From IMG/VR virus record IMGVR_UViG_3300046747_000190: a DNA stretch of 64,000 bases; one strand, written 5' to 3'. The notes below the pieces were generated by a model. It had not been told where the DNA came from. It ran no database searches and saw nothing but the letters and a program-made list of their open reading frames with translations. The stretch is from an uncultured virus (IMG/VR IMGVR_UViG_3300046747_000190). Its lineage: Duplodnaviria; Heunggongvirae; Uroviricota; Caudoviricetes. A program made the translations under genes and the position numbers. This document shows positions 36,092 to 44,297 of this stretch, one piece after another. Positions within the stretch are counted from its first letter, which is position 1; every line of letters starts with the position of its first letter.

Positions 36092-38410
36092 ATGAGCTAC
36101 GTTTTCCGCCGCCCGTTCTTTCGCTCGCAACGCGCGCCCATCATCGCCGCGCTGACGGCGGCGTCTGGGTTCACCGGTAGCGCGGATGCGGCGATCTCGC
36201 CATTCGCCTGCACGGCGAGCGGCACCGTCACCTTCGACGGTTCCGCATCTGCCGCGATGTCCGCGTTTGCCGCCAGCGGGGTGGCCGCCGAAGCTTTCAC
36301 TGGCACGGGGAACTCTGCTGAGAGCCCATTTGCCTGCTCGAGTTCAGGCGCCGAGGAATTCACCGGGACCGGTTCTGCGGCGTGCTCCTCATTCGCCGCC
36401 GATGCGAGCGGGATCGCTGCGGACTTCTTCGGGGCCGCAAGCTCCGCCATTAGCTCTTTCGCATGCGATGCGACTGCCGCGGAGACGTTCTCCGGATCGG
36501 CAAGCGCCGCCCTGTCGAGCTTCGCCTGCACGGCCTCCGGGGCTGAGGAATTCGCATGCACGACAACGGCGGCCCTATCTCCATTTGCCTGCACGGCCTC
36601 GGCCAGCGAAGCCTTCGACGGCTCGGCCTCGGCAGCTCTCTTCCCATTCGCCGCGACCGCAGCGGGCTCCGAGGAGTTCAGCTGCACGGCGAACGCCGCA
36701 GCGTCACCCTTCGGCTGCAGCGCCTCTGCGGAGGAGACGTTCTCGGCGAGCGCGACAGCAGCCCTGGCGTCGTTCGACTGCACGGGGGACGCGAGCGAAT
36801 CATTCTCCTGCACGGCTAGCGCGGCAACTTCGCCGTTTGATTGCGATGCCTCGGGTAGCCGGTCGGAGTTTTTCGGCTCCGCTGATGCGGCATTCTCACC
36901 GTTCGCATGTGCTGCCTCCGGTTCGGAAATTTTCGACGGATCCGCCTCGGCTGCCTGCTCTTCGTTCGATGCAAGCGCTACGGGCGCCGAATCCTTCGAA
37001 GGGAGCGCGAGTGCGGCCTGCTTGCCATTCGACGCGGATGGTACGGGGGCGACTGGCGTCAGCTTCACGAGCACTGCGTCGTGCGCCGTTTCACCGTTCG
37101 CAGCCGATGCTACGGCCTCGGAGATCTTCGACGGATCCGCGTCAGCCGTATTCGCTCCTTTCGCCTGTGCGGCGTCGGGCGCCGAGACGTTTTCCGGAGC
37201 CGCCTCGGCGGCATGTTCGCCGTTCGCGGCAACGGCCTCGGGATCCGAAAGCTTCACCGCCACTGCCTCAGCGGCTTGCCAGCCCTTTGATGCCGATGCG
37301 ACTGGCACCGCCCAGGCGGGCTTCACCTGCACGGCCTCGTGCGCCGCGTCTCCATTCGCTGCGAGCGCAACCGGTGAGGAAATCTTTACCGGTTCGGCTG
37401 CCGCCGCCATTGCACAGTTCGCATGCACCGCTTCCGGAGCGGAGGACTTCGACGGATCCGCGACCGCGGCATGCGTGCCATTCGACGCGGCTGCCACCGG
37501 GGCGGTGGGGACGAGCTTTACGAGCACGGCGTCGGCTGCCGTCTCGCCCTTCGCCGCGGCAGCGTCAGCCAAGGAGACGTTCGCCTCGACGGCAACGGCT
37601 GCCGTTCAGCCCTTCGCCTGCACGGTCGCAGCCCTCGAGACGTTCACCGGGACCGGCTCGGTCGCTTCCCAGCGGTTCGCCTGCGCGGCAGCGGGTATCA
37701 ACCTCCTCGCGATCACGAGTTCGGGATCGGCCGCGTTGTCGCGATTCGCTTGCTCTGGATCGGGCGCGGAGGCGTATTCCTCGACGGGCGCGGCGGCTGT
37801 AAAGCCATTCGGCGCGACCGCTACGGCGAAAGAGACCTTCTCGGGTGCCGCTATGGCCGTCGAGCAGCCCTTCGCCGCGGCAGCCTCGGGGGTCTACGAT
37901 CCGTCCGTCCACGCGACCGGGAGCGCGGCTGCCTCGCGCTTCGGTGCGACGGCGACAGGGGCCGAATCGTTCACGAGCTCGGCGACAGCCTCGTGCTCGC
38001 CGTTCGGCGCGCATGCAACGGCATCGCAGGGGATCAGCGGTTCGGCCTCCGTGGCCGTTCAGCCGTTCGCGTGCCTGGCGGACGCGGCGCTCGTCTTCGC
38101 CTGCACGGGTTCCGCCTCGACGGCGAGCTTCGCAGCATCGACCGCTGCCCTCGAATCGTTCTACGCTTCCGGCTCCGCCGCGCTGCACCCGTTCGGCTGC
38201 TCTGCTGGCGCCCACAACTTCTCGCCGATCCTGCCCGTCCCCGGGCATCACTATCCGCTCGGCGGCAAGGCGGAGGCTCTCCGGCTCCTCGGCGGCGCAC
38301 CGGTCGAGCGGATTGTCTTCGGTGAACGAGTCCACAAACTGACGCTTGGCGGCGCAGAGGTCGCTCCAATCTTCCTCGGTGGGCCGCCCGCGCGAAAGAA
38401 AACCGTATGA
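36092..38410 (+). CDS. Ala/Ser/Thr/Cys-rich repeat protein (~21-aa repeats), putative fibre
   Basis: About 30 copies of F-x-G-S-A-S-A-A-x-S-P-F-A-C-x-A-S-G-x-E-x. Confidence 0.85.
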   Translation: MSYVFRRPFFRSQRAPIIAALTAASGFTGSADAAISPFACTASGTVTFDGSASAAMSAFAASGVAAEAFTGTGNSAESPFACSSSGAEEFTGTGSAACSSFAADASGIAADFFGAASSAISSFACDATAAETFSGSASAALSSFACTASGAEEFACTTTAALSPFACTASASEAFDGSASAALFPFAATAAGSEEFSCTANAAASPFGCSASAEETFSASATAALASFDCTGDASESFSCTASAATSPFDCDASGSRSEFFGSADAAFSPFACAASGSEIFDGSASAACSSFDASATGAESFEGSASAACLPFDADGTGATGVSFTSTASCAVSPFAADATASEIFDGSASAVFAPFACAASGAETFSGAASAACSPFAATASGSESFTATASAACQPFDADATGTAQAGFTCTASCAASPFAASATGEEIFTGSAAAAIAQFACTASGAEDFDGSATAACVPFDAAATGAVGTSFTSTASAAVSPFAAAASAKETFASTATAAVQPFACTVAALETFTGTGSVASQRFACAAAGINLLAITSSGSAALSRFACSGSGAEAYSSTGAAAVKPFGATATAKETFSGAAMAVEQPFAAAASGVYDPSVHATGSAAASRFGATATGAESFTSSATASCSPFGAHATASQGISGSASVAVQPFACLADAALVFACTGSASTASFAASTAALESFYASGSAALHPFGCSAGAHNFSPILPVPGHHYPLGGKAEALRLLGGAPVERIVFGERVHKLTLGGAEVAPIFLGGPPARKKTV

Positions 38411-38703
38411 CCTCAGTCGTTCAAGACCCGAGCGGGATCATCAAATACACCGGCACGTGGAAGCTGCGCTTTCCCGAGGGGGACATCGCGGATTCGACGT
38501 GGGCGGTCACCGACAGCGATGACCTGCCGAGCGATGACCTCGTGATTTCCGGCAACGGCTTCAGTGGTCTCGACGTCGCGTGGACGGTCACGTGCGCGGG
38601 GGACGTGGTCGTCGGCGCCGTCTACGACGTGACCAATCACGTCATCATGGCGGACGGGCAGGAAGACGACTGGACGATCCGCTACACGATTCGACAGCGA
38701 TAG
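38407..38703 (+). CDS. Small virion adaptor-like protein
   Basis: QDP....Y...W, I..STW, YDVTNHV...DG pattern; ATGA-coupled. Confidence 0.6.
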   Translation: MTSVVQDPSGIIKYTGTWKLRFPEGDIADSTWAVTDSDDLPSDDLVISGNGFSGLDVAWTVTCAGDVVVGAVYDVTNHVIMADGQEDDWTIRYTIRQR

Positions 38704-38716
38704 AAGGAGAGTTTCC

Positions 38717-39376
38717 ATGCTTCCATTCCTCCAACAGTTCCGCACTTACCTCGACGCGATTCAGCCCGGGCTCTTCAATGCCTCGTTGGCTGGGCTCCTG
38801 TTCGCCGCGTTGTGGCTGCTCCGCAAGTTCAAGCCGCTGTTCTTCGCGAAGCTGCCGCCGTCGCTCCAGGCATGGCCAGCGCTCGCCACCGGGGCAGTGA
38901 TTGCGGCGCTCTCGGCCTCGACGGACGGGAACCTCGGAGGCGCTGTGCTGAACGCACTCGGCATGGCGTTCACGGGTCTGCTCTCTGGCGTCATGGCGAG
39001 CGGGATTCATCGCACCCTGAAAGAGAGCGCACTCCCGTACGGGACTTCGGACGTGCCTCCGAAGAAGTCACCGACGCCGCTCGTCGGCATCGTGTGGCTG
39101 GTGGCGCTGCTTGGGGTCTGTGGGTGCGGCTCGTTCCTGCATGTCGCCGATCCGACGATCGACGACGACATCAGCAAGCTTTGCTCGACGCTCGGAACCG
39201 AGAAGACGGCAGCCATCCAAGCCGAGGCTGACAAGCAAAAACTTTCCTTCGATGACGTCAAGCACCTATTCGACGTCGCTTGCGCACTCCGCATCAAGCA
39301 AGGTCTCGAGCCCGCCAAAGCGGCTGGGCTTGCGGCGGCGCGGCATGAACGCGAGAGCGATGCGGGGACGCCATGA
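38717..39376 (+). CDS. Multi-pass membrane protein (holin candidate)
   Basis: AAGGAG RBS; four hydrophobic segments, the last ending in LLGVCGC. Confidence 0.6.
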   Translation: MLPFLQQFRTYLDAIQPGLFNASLAGLLFAALWLLRKFKPLFFAKLPPSLQAWPALATGAVIAALSASTDGNLGGAVLNALGMAFTGLLSGVMASGIHRTLKESALPYGTSDVPPKKSPTPLVGIVWLVALLGVCGCGSFLHVADPTIDDDISKLCSTLGTEKTAAIQAEADKQKLSFDDVKHLFDVACALRIKQGLEPAKAAGLAAARHERESDAGTP

Positions 39377-40194
39377 GAGGTCTTGGTTACGTCCGCGACG
39401 TTCCGGATGCTCGCGATCATCTGTTCGCAGCTCATCCAGCATCGGCGGCGTCCATCATCTCGTTCGCAACGAACGATCGGGACGACGTCAATCCGAAGAA
39501 CCAGCTTCAAACGTCGGCATGCTGCGGCAACGGCAGCACCAAGATCTTGCAGCTCTCCTCAATGAAAGCGGGCATTGACTGCCCGGAGCTTTCCGCACCC
39601 TTCGCCTACCGGATGGCGTTGAACCTCGACGGAGTGAACACCGACGAAGGCACGCAAGTCCGACAGGTCGTGAAGGGCATCATGAACATGGGAGCGTGCC
39701 CCGAGACCGACATGCCCATGACCGCGAAGACCGACATCCTCGCGCAGCCTTCCTTCGCTGCCGAGCATGACGCTTTCGATCGGCGCGGGCTTCGCGGCTA
39801 CCACCGAATTGCCGACGGTGATCTCGACGGCGTCCGTCGCGCGCTTGCGGCGGGCTTCGGGCTCGTCGCGGGCTGGGACGTCACCGAGGCGTTCTGCTCG
39901 GCCGATGGCAAGGACGTGATCGGCGCACAGATCGGGCCGATGGCGGGCGGCCACTGCATGGGGATCGTGGGCTACGGCTCCTCGTCCGACTGGGAGACGC
40001 GATACTCGGCGTTCCGCCCGTCGAAGACCTACCCGCTGCTCGGTCGCATCATCGGATCGTGGGGCGGTGATGTGGAGGTCTCGGGAGAACCGCCGACCCA
40101 TTACGGCTACAACGGTCGGATCTTCGTCGCTCCGGAATTCCTGGAGCAGGCCACAGACATTTGGGCGCTGGACGTCAGAGGAGACGCATCGTGA
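39373..40194 (+). CDS. Papain-like (C1) cysteine peptidase
   Basis: D..DARD, KNQLQTSAC (oxyanion Gln and catalytic Cys), GACPE, GGHCMGIVGY, GSWG, YGYNG. Confidence 0.85.
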   Translation: MRGLGYVRDVPDARDHLFAAHPASAASIISFATNDRDDVNPKNQLQTSACCGNGSTKILQLSSMKAGIDCPELSAPFAYRMALNLDGVNTDEGTQVRQVVKGIMNMGACPETDMPMTAKTDILAQPSFAAEHDAFDRRGLRGYHRIADGDLDGVRRALAAGFGLVAGWDVTEAFCSADGKDVIGAQIGPMAGGHCMGIVGYGSSSDWETRYSAFRPSKTYPLLGRIIGSWGGDVEVSGEPPTHYGYNGRIFVAPEFLEQATDIWALDVRGDAS

Positions 40195-40538
40195 AACACA
40201 TCCTACTTGCCCTCCTCCTGGCCGGCTGCTCGGGTTGCAACTCGACGCCAGTCCCGGTGACGCCCGAGCCCGCTCCGACGCCCACAGCGCCCGTGCCGCC
40301 CCCTGTGGCCGACGCTGGGCCGGCAGCGGACGCGGCGCGCGGGGATGCTTGCTCGAAGGCATGTGCCCACCTGCGGGCGCTCGGCTGTCCTGACGGCCAG
40401 CCCACTGCGGCTGGCAGCTCCTGCGAGACCGTCTGCCGCTCGGACCGCTCCAAGCTAGAGGCGCGGCTCACGGCGGCATATCTGGGGTGTCTTGCGTCGG
40501 TAAAGGCTTGCGCTGACGAGGTTCTGTGCAGACGCTGA
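40191..40538 (+). CDS. Cys-rich lipoprotein
   Basis: GTGA-coupled; KHILLALLLAGC lipobox; Pro-rich linker; C...C..L..LGC. Confidence 0.8.
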   Translation: MKHILLALLLAGCSGCNSTPVPVTPEPAPTPTAPVPPPVADAGPAADAARGDACSKACAHLRALGCPDGQPTAAGSSCETVCRSDRSKLEARLTAAYLGCLASVKACADEVLCRR

Positions 40539-40669
40539 TCCGTGGCGCCCGCTTCGCCTGGGATCTAACCGTCGTCTTCGCCCTCGGCTTCCGAGACGAC
40601 TGGCGCGAGATCAGGCGCGAGGCACGTTCCGACCTGCGCAGCGTGACGCGCGGGACTCCGGATTGAGCC

Positions 40670-40951
40670 ATGTCTGCCTCGCAATCGCTGAAACGAGCCT
40701 TGATCTGCCTGCGCGCCGTGATCGCGAAATATCCATCGGACCAAGACTTGCGCGAGGCTGAGACCGTTTTTGTGGAAGAGATTGCCGAGCTCACTCCACG
40801 CGACCCGTTCGCGATTCCTACCCCAGTCGTCCGCCCGTCGCGCCAGAGCTCCGCAGGGTTCCGCGCTGCCACTGAAGATCTAAAGGCAGCAAGCGAAGCC
40901 GCGAAGGCGAAGACGCGGCGGAAATCGTTGCCTCCGAAAAGGGCCACATGA
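40670..40951 (+). CDS. Hypothetical protein
   Basis: ATG ORF coupled (ATGA) to the next gene. Confidence 0.6.
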   Translation: MSASQSLKRALICLRAVIAKYPSDQDLREAETVFVEEIAELTPRDPFAIPTPVVRPSRQSSAGFRAATEDLKAASEAAKAKTRRKSLPPKRAT

Positions 40952-41649
40952 CCGCGCAATTCATTGACGACCTGCTGACCCCGGTTTCTGTCGATGCGCT
41001 GCTCCTGGCGCTGCACGGCGGCTACGTTCGCGTCATGGGCGCAGCAACCGACAAGGTGCCATGCCTTGCCGCACTCGGTGCGCAGCTCTGCCTCGAGAGC
41101 GGGAACGGGCAGCTGGCGCATCGGTTCAACTGGGGAAACCGGAAACGCCCAGCGGACTGGGATGGACTCTTCACTCGTTTTCAGTGTGACGAAATATTCG
41201 ACCGACAGACTGCGGATCGCGCGAAGACGCTCGGCCCATGCGCGGTCACGTTGTGGCGTGGCGGCCCGCTGTATCGCGTCGTACTCTTCCCGCCTCACCC
41301 CTGGTCAGAATTCGTGGCGTTCGTGACGGCGGATGAGGGAGCCGCCGACTATATCTCCCTGCTGGCGTGCTCCGACCGATACCGGGCCGCGTGGCACTGC
41401 GCGTACGCCGGGGATGCCGCGGGCTTCTCGCTCGCCTTGGGGAGGGCCAAGTATTACACCGCGGACGTCGAGCCCTACACCAAGGGCCTGGTGTCGATCG
41501 CGGCGCGTATCCTGCCCGCGTGTGAGCGCATTGCGAACGGGCTCGATCACGGGCTCACGGACGAGGATCGCGCGTTCATTGAGGCAACTGTCTACGAGAC
41601 GATCCTAGACCATGGCGATAAAACCACGCCTCTCCCTCCAGCAGCATGA
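40948..41649 (+). CDS. Endolysin, GH73/FlgJ glucosaminidase-like
   Basis: AQLCLESGNG (catalytic Glu), FNWGN.K, GAADYISLL...RY, YYTAD (YxTD-like). Confidence 0.75.
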   Translation: MTAQFIDDLLTPVSVDALLLALHGGYVRVMGAATDKVPCLAALGAQLCLESGNGQLAHRFNWGNRKRPADWDGLFTRFQCDEIFDRQTADRAKTLGPCAVTLWRGGPLYRVVLFPPHPWSEFVAFVTADEGAADYISLLACSDRYRAAWHCAYAGDAAGFSLALGRAKYYTADVEPYTKGLVSIAARILPACERIANGLDHGLTDEDRAFIEATVYETILDHGDKTTPLPPAA

Positions 41650-42254
41650 TGACCGATCCACATAATCGCCGTCTGACTCCGACGCCCTGGGACACACTCC
41701 ATCAATCCTCGATGCCACCTACCGACGATAAGCCCGACAGTGACCGCATAGCCGCACCCGACGACATGCCGCACGAGCATCGGGACACCGATAGAGCAGC
41801 AGCGATTGAAGAGGCGGAATTCCAGGAAAACACCCCGGTGGACCGCGGCGAGGAAGAGCCGCCGACCACGCTCGATGTTCTGCTCCACGAGATTCGATTC
41901 TCGCGAAACGACATCGACACGAAGATCATGGGGCTGGCGAGCCGGTTCACGGACCTTCAAAGCGTGCTCCTTCACGTGCTGCATTCGCAAAACGTGCAGG
42001 GTGAACGGTCGCTCGCATCTGAAGAAACGGTTTACAACGCTGCGATCGAGATGCGAAAAGCGGCGACTCCTGAGCGTGGCGATAGCCCGGAGATGGCCAC
42101 GCTGAAAGTAAAGCTGCTCGTCTTCGCCAACGTGCTCGGCGGCAATCCACCACGGAAACGCAGTCTCGCTATCAGCGAGATCGAGAAGCTGCTTACCGAT
42201 CGCACTAGTCCGGCGTCGCCCGGGTCGAGCAAGGGCAAGAGACGCGGTGGCTGA
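41646..42254 (+). CDS. Hypothetical protein
   Basis: Coupled ORF with acidic, disordered N-half. Confidence 0.6.
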   Translation: MMTDPHNRRLTPTPWDTLHQSSMPPTDDKPDSDRIAAPDDMPHEHRDTDRAAAIEEAEFQENTPVDRGEEEPPTTLDVLLHEIRFSRNDIDTKIMGLASRFTDLQSVLLHVLHSQNVQGERSLASEETVYNAAIEMRKAATPERGDSPEMATLKVKLLVFANVLGGNPPRKRSLAISEIEKLLTDRTSPASPGSSKGKRRGG

Positions 42255-42765
42255 GCCCTGGGACACGCTACGCACCATTTGCACGCCGGCATTCGCGATC
42301 CTGGCTGGTGGCGCGGTCTTCAAGCTGCTTTTCAGCGGGCGCATCGACGATCTGAAAACCGGTGGGCGAGACGCGATCAAGGCCGCGAACGAGGAGCGCG
42401 ACCGAGCCATCGAAGACCGAAACCGCGCGCTGGATGATCTCGCGAACGAGCGCGCGTCGCACGACAAGCTAAAGAGCCATTGGAAGAGCAGTGTGATTGC
42501 GCAACGGGAAGCGCGAAGACTCGAAGAGGTCATAACGGTCGGCGCTCCATCCGTCCCGCCGCTCTCGAACGAGGAGCCCACCGGCCGCTACTACGTCGAC
42601 GAAGACGCCGATCAGGACTGGCGTCGGAGAAGCGAAGAGCGCCGGGCCGCACTCGCGAGGGAACGCGACGGACTGACCAAGGACTACGTGAGCGACATGA
42701 CCACGACTCCGCCTGACCCCGTGCGAGCTCTGCCGACTCCACGAATCAAGCCACGTCCGCGCTGA
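42247..42765 (+). CDS. Membrane-anchored coiled-coil protein (i-spanin candidate)
   Basis: One N-terminal TM segment followed by a heptad-rich region. Confidence 0.55.
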   Translation: MAEPWDTLRTICTPAFAILAGGAVFKLLFSGRIDDLKTGGRDAIKAANEERDRAIEDRNRALDDLANERASHDKLKSHWKSSVIAQREARRLEEVITVGAPSVPPLSNEEPTGRYYVDEDADQDWRRRSEERRAALARERDGLTKDYVSDMTTTPPDPVRALPTPRIKPRPR

Positions 42766-42779
42766 AAGGAAAACCGCCC

Positions 42780-42947
42780 ATGCTCCTAATCATCATCTGG
42801 CCGCTGCTCGTTGCCGCCATCGGTGCACTCATCTTCGCCTATGCGAAAAGTGGCGCTCTGAAAGAGATCGGGCGGCTCCTTTTCTTCGTCGGCGCCTTCT
42901 GGACGGTTTACCTGCTCACCGGGCGCGAGTTCCGGATCGGCCACTAA
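42780..42947 (+). CDS. 55-aa two-TM membrane protein (holin candidate)
   Basis: Not in the ORF track; GAAAGGA RBS; MLLIIIWPLLVAAIGALIFAYAKSGALKEIGRLLFFVGAFWTVYLLTGREFRIGH. Confidence 0.7.
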   Translation: MLLIIIWPLLVAAIGALIFAYAKSGALKEIGRLLFFVGAFWTVYLLTGREFRIGH

Positions 42948-43002
42948 ACCCATCCCCCTCCCGCGCGTCATCCGGCGCGGATTCATGCCCCGATGCTTCC
43001 GG

Positions 43003-43200
43003 TTATTCCGGCGGCGTCGGGGCTGTTTTCGTTTCAAGCAACGGCATGCGGCACGCGCAGAGCTCCTGGCCGTCCTTGTAGCAGTCTTTTCGGCGATGGC
43101 GCCCCATAGAGCATCCGCTGCATGGAACGAATCCCATGCCGAAGCAGTCCTCGCACACATCGAGTTGCTGTCCCGGGGCGTAGCTCTCGAGTACTCTCAC
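43003..43200 (-). CDS. Small Cys-rich (zinc finger) protein
   Basis: CEDCFGMG, CSGC, CAC; GTGA-coupled. Confidence 0.55.
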   Translation of the reverse strand: MRVLESYAPGQQLDVCEDCFGMGFVPCSGCSMGRHRRKDCYKDGQELCACRMPLLETKTAPTPPE

Positions 43201-43415
43201 CGGAAGTCCTTCTCGGCATCGGCTTCACCGAAGAGCCTAGCCGCGTTGTGCCAAGTGATGACGGGCGGCGATTCCTTCGGCATGTCGCGTCTCGTTGGGT
43301 AGCCGTGGAGCCGCTTGAGCGCGCCGACCAGATTTGCGATGAGGCCGCGGAGCTTCGGCGTTGGCGTGATTACATAGCGCCTCGGGCAGCCTACGCCGCG
43401 CGTGCTACGGGTCAT
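43197..43415 (-). CDS. Hypothetical protein
   Basis: ATG start MTRSTRG; stop overlaps the next start. Confidence 0.45.
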   Translation of the reverse strand: MTRSTRGVGCPRRYVITPTPKLRGLIANLVGALKRLHGYPTRRDMPKESPPVITWHNAARLFGEADAEKDFR

Positions 43416-43437
43416 TTCCCCACCCACCCGCGCCAGG

Positions 43438-43590
43438 TCACGGCTTCACCTTCGGCAAAACTCTTCCCCAAATGATAACCTGTCCAATCTTCTTCGGGTC
43501 GCCGCACCCGGGACCCCAGACATAGCCGCGGTTCGTATAGAGATAGAAGAGCGGCTCGTTTTTTTTCGAGTTGGACATTGGAAAACTCAC
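43438..43590 (-). CDS. 50-aa hypothetical protein flanked by 15-bp direct repeats
   Basis: VSFPMSNSKKNEPLFYLYTNRGYVWGPGCGDPKKIGQVIIWGRVLPKVKP; GTGA-coupled; AT-richer. Confidence 0.5.
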   Translation of the reverse strand: MSFPMSNSKKNEPLFYLYTNRGYVWGPGCGDPKKIGQVIIWGRVLPKVKP

Positions 43591-43766
43591 GGCTTCACCT
43601 TGCATCGTTCTTCATGCTTTGCGTGAATGGCCGCTCTCGTCTCAGCGCGGAAAACCTCGCCGTCTTCCTGTCCGGGGCAACACCCGTCGCACATCGGCAG
43701 CCCATCGAACCACCAGCGCGGATCGGATTCGCGGTCGCACGCGGCACATTCTGGCAATGGGATCAC
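43587..43766 (-). CDS. Small zinc-finger protein
   Basis: CAAC and CDGC; GTG start within a repeat copy. Confidence 0.55.
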   Translation of the reverse strand: MIPLPECAACDRESDPRWWFDGLPMCDGCCPGQEDGEVFRAETRAAIHAKHEERCKVKP

Positions 43767-43797
43767 GGTTTCACCGCCGTCCTCAGCCCGCGAATCT

Positions 43798-43911
43798 TCA
43801 TACGCTCCAGCCTTTCCCGTGGCACCGGGGGCATCCTGGGTCGCCACGTCCGGAGCAGAACGGACACGGACGCGCTGGGTATTGGCGGACTAGCAGCAGT
43901 GGCTGCTTCAT
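43798..43911 (-). CDS. 37-aa zinc-finger micro-protein
   Basis: MKQPLLLVRQYPARPCPFCSGRGDPGCPRCHGKGWSV; starts directly after the upstream TAG. Confidence 0.55.
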   Translation of the reverse strand: MKQPLLLVRQYPARPCPFCSGRGDPGCPRCHGKGWSV

Positions 43912-44121
43912 CTACGAGCCCTCTCGCTCGGAGCCAGTCCCACTCACCTGCGGCTCATATCCGGTACCGCCGCAGTGCTTGCAGTCCCTGCCGCCACTCG
44001 GCCAGCTTCCGATGCTAACGCCGACCCCGTCACAAGCTGAACAATCATCGCGCGGAGGCTCATCGTCGTCGCCCGCTTGAACCTCGACGTGAATTGTCGA
44101 CCAACCCCAGAATCCGGTCAT
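43912..44121 (-). CDS. Small DnaJ-type zinc-finger protein
   Basis: CSACDGVG and CKHCGGTG. Confidence 0.65.
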   Translation of the reverse strand: MTGFWGWSTIHVEVQAGDDDEPPRDDCSACDGVGVSIGSWPSGGRDCKHCGGTGYEPQVSGTGSEREGS

Positions 44122-44297
44122 AGTCGGCTCCTTCGTGCCGCATCGAGCACCAATCGCCTACAGCGCTCGTCTGCCATGACCGAGCGCAGGAGCGCGACGA
44201 GTTCCGGGTCTCGGTTGATGTGCTCGCCAAGCGTCTCCTTGATGGTCAGAACTGACCGAGTGCGAGCCTTGCGATTCCGGTGAGTGCCCTGCTTCAT
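44118..44297 (-). CDS. 59-aa hypothetical protein
   Basis: MKQGTHRNRKAR...; fills the gap exactly with coupled start and stop. Confidence 0.55.
   Translation of the reverse strand: MKQGTHRNRKARTRSVLTIKETLGEHINRDPELVALLRSVMADERCRRLVLDAARRSRL

Larger units (their letters stand above)
43438..43775. repeat. Direct repeat TCACGG(C/T)TTCACC, three copies
   Basis: Copies at 43438-43452, 43587-43601 (15/15 identical) and 43763-43775 (12/13). Confidence 0.85.

Noticed and set aside
36097..37802. Long alternative ORFs (491 aa -, 538 aa +) over the repeat gene
   Set aside because: By-products of stop-poor repetitive GC-rich codons; no RBS or independent motifs
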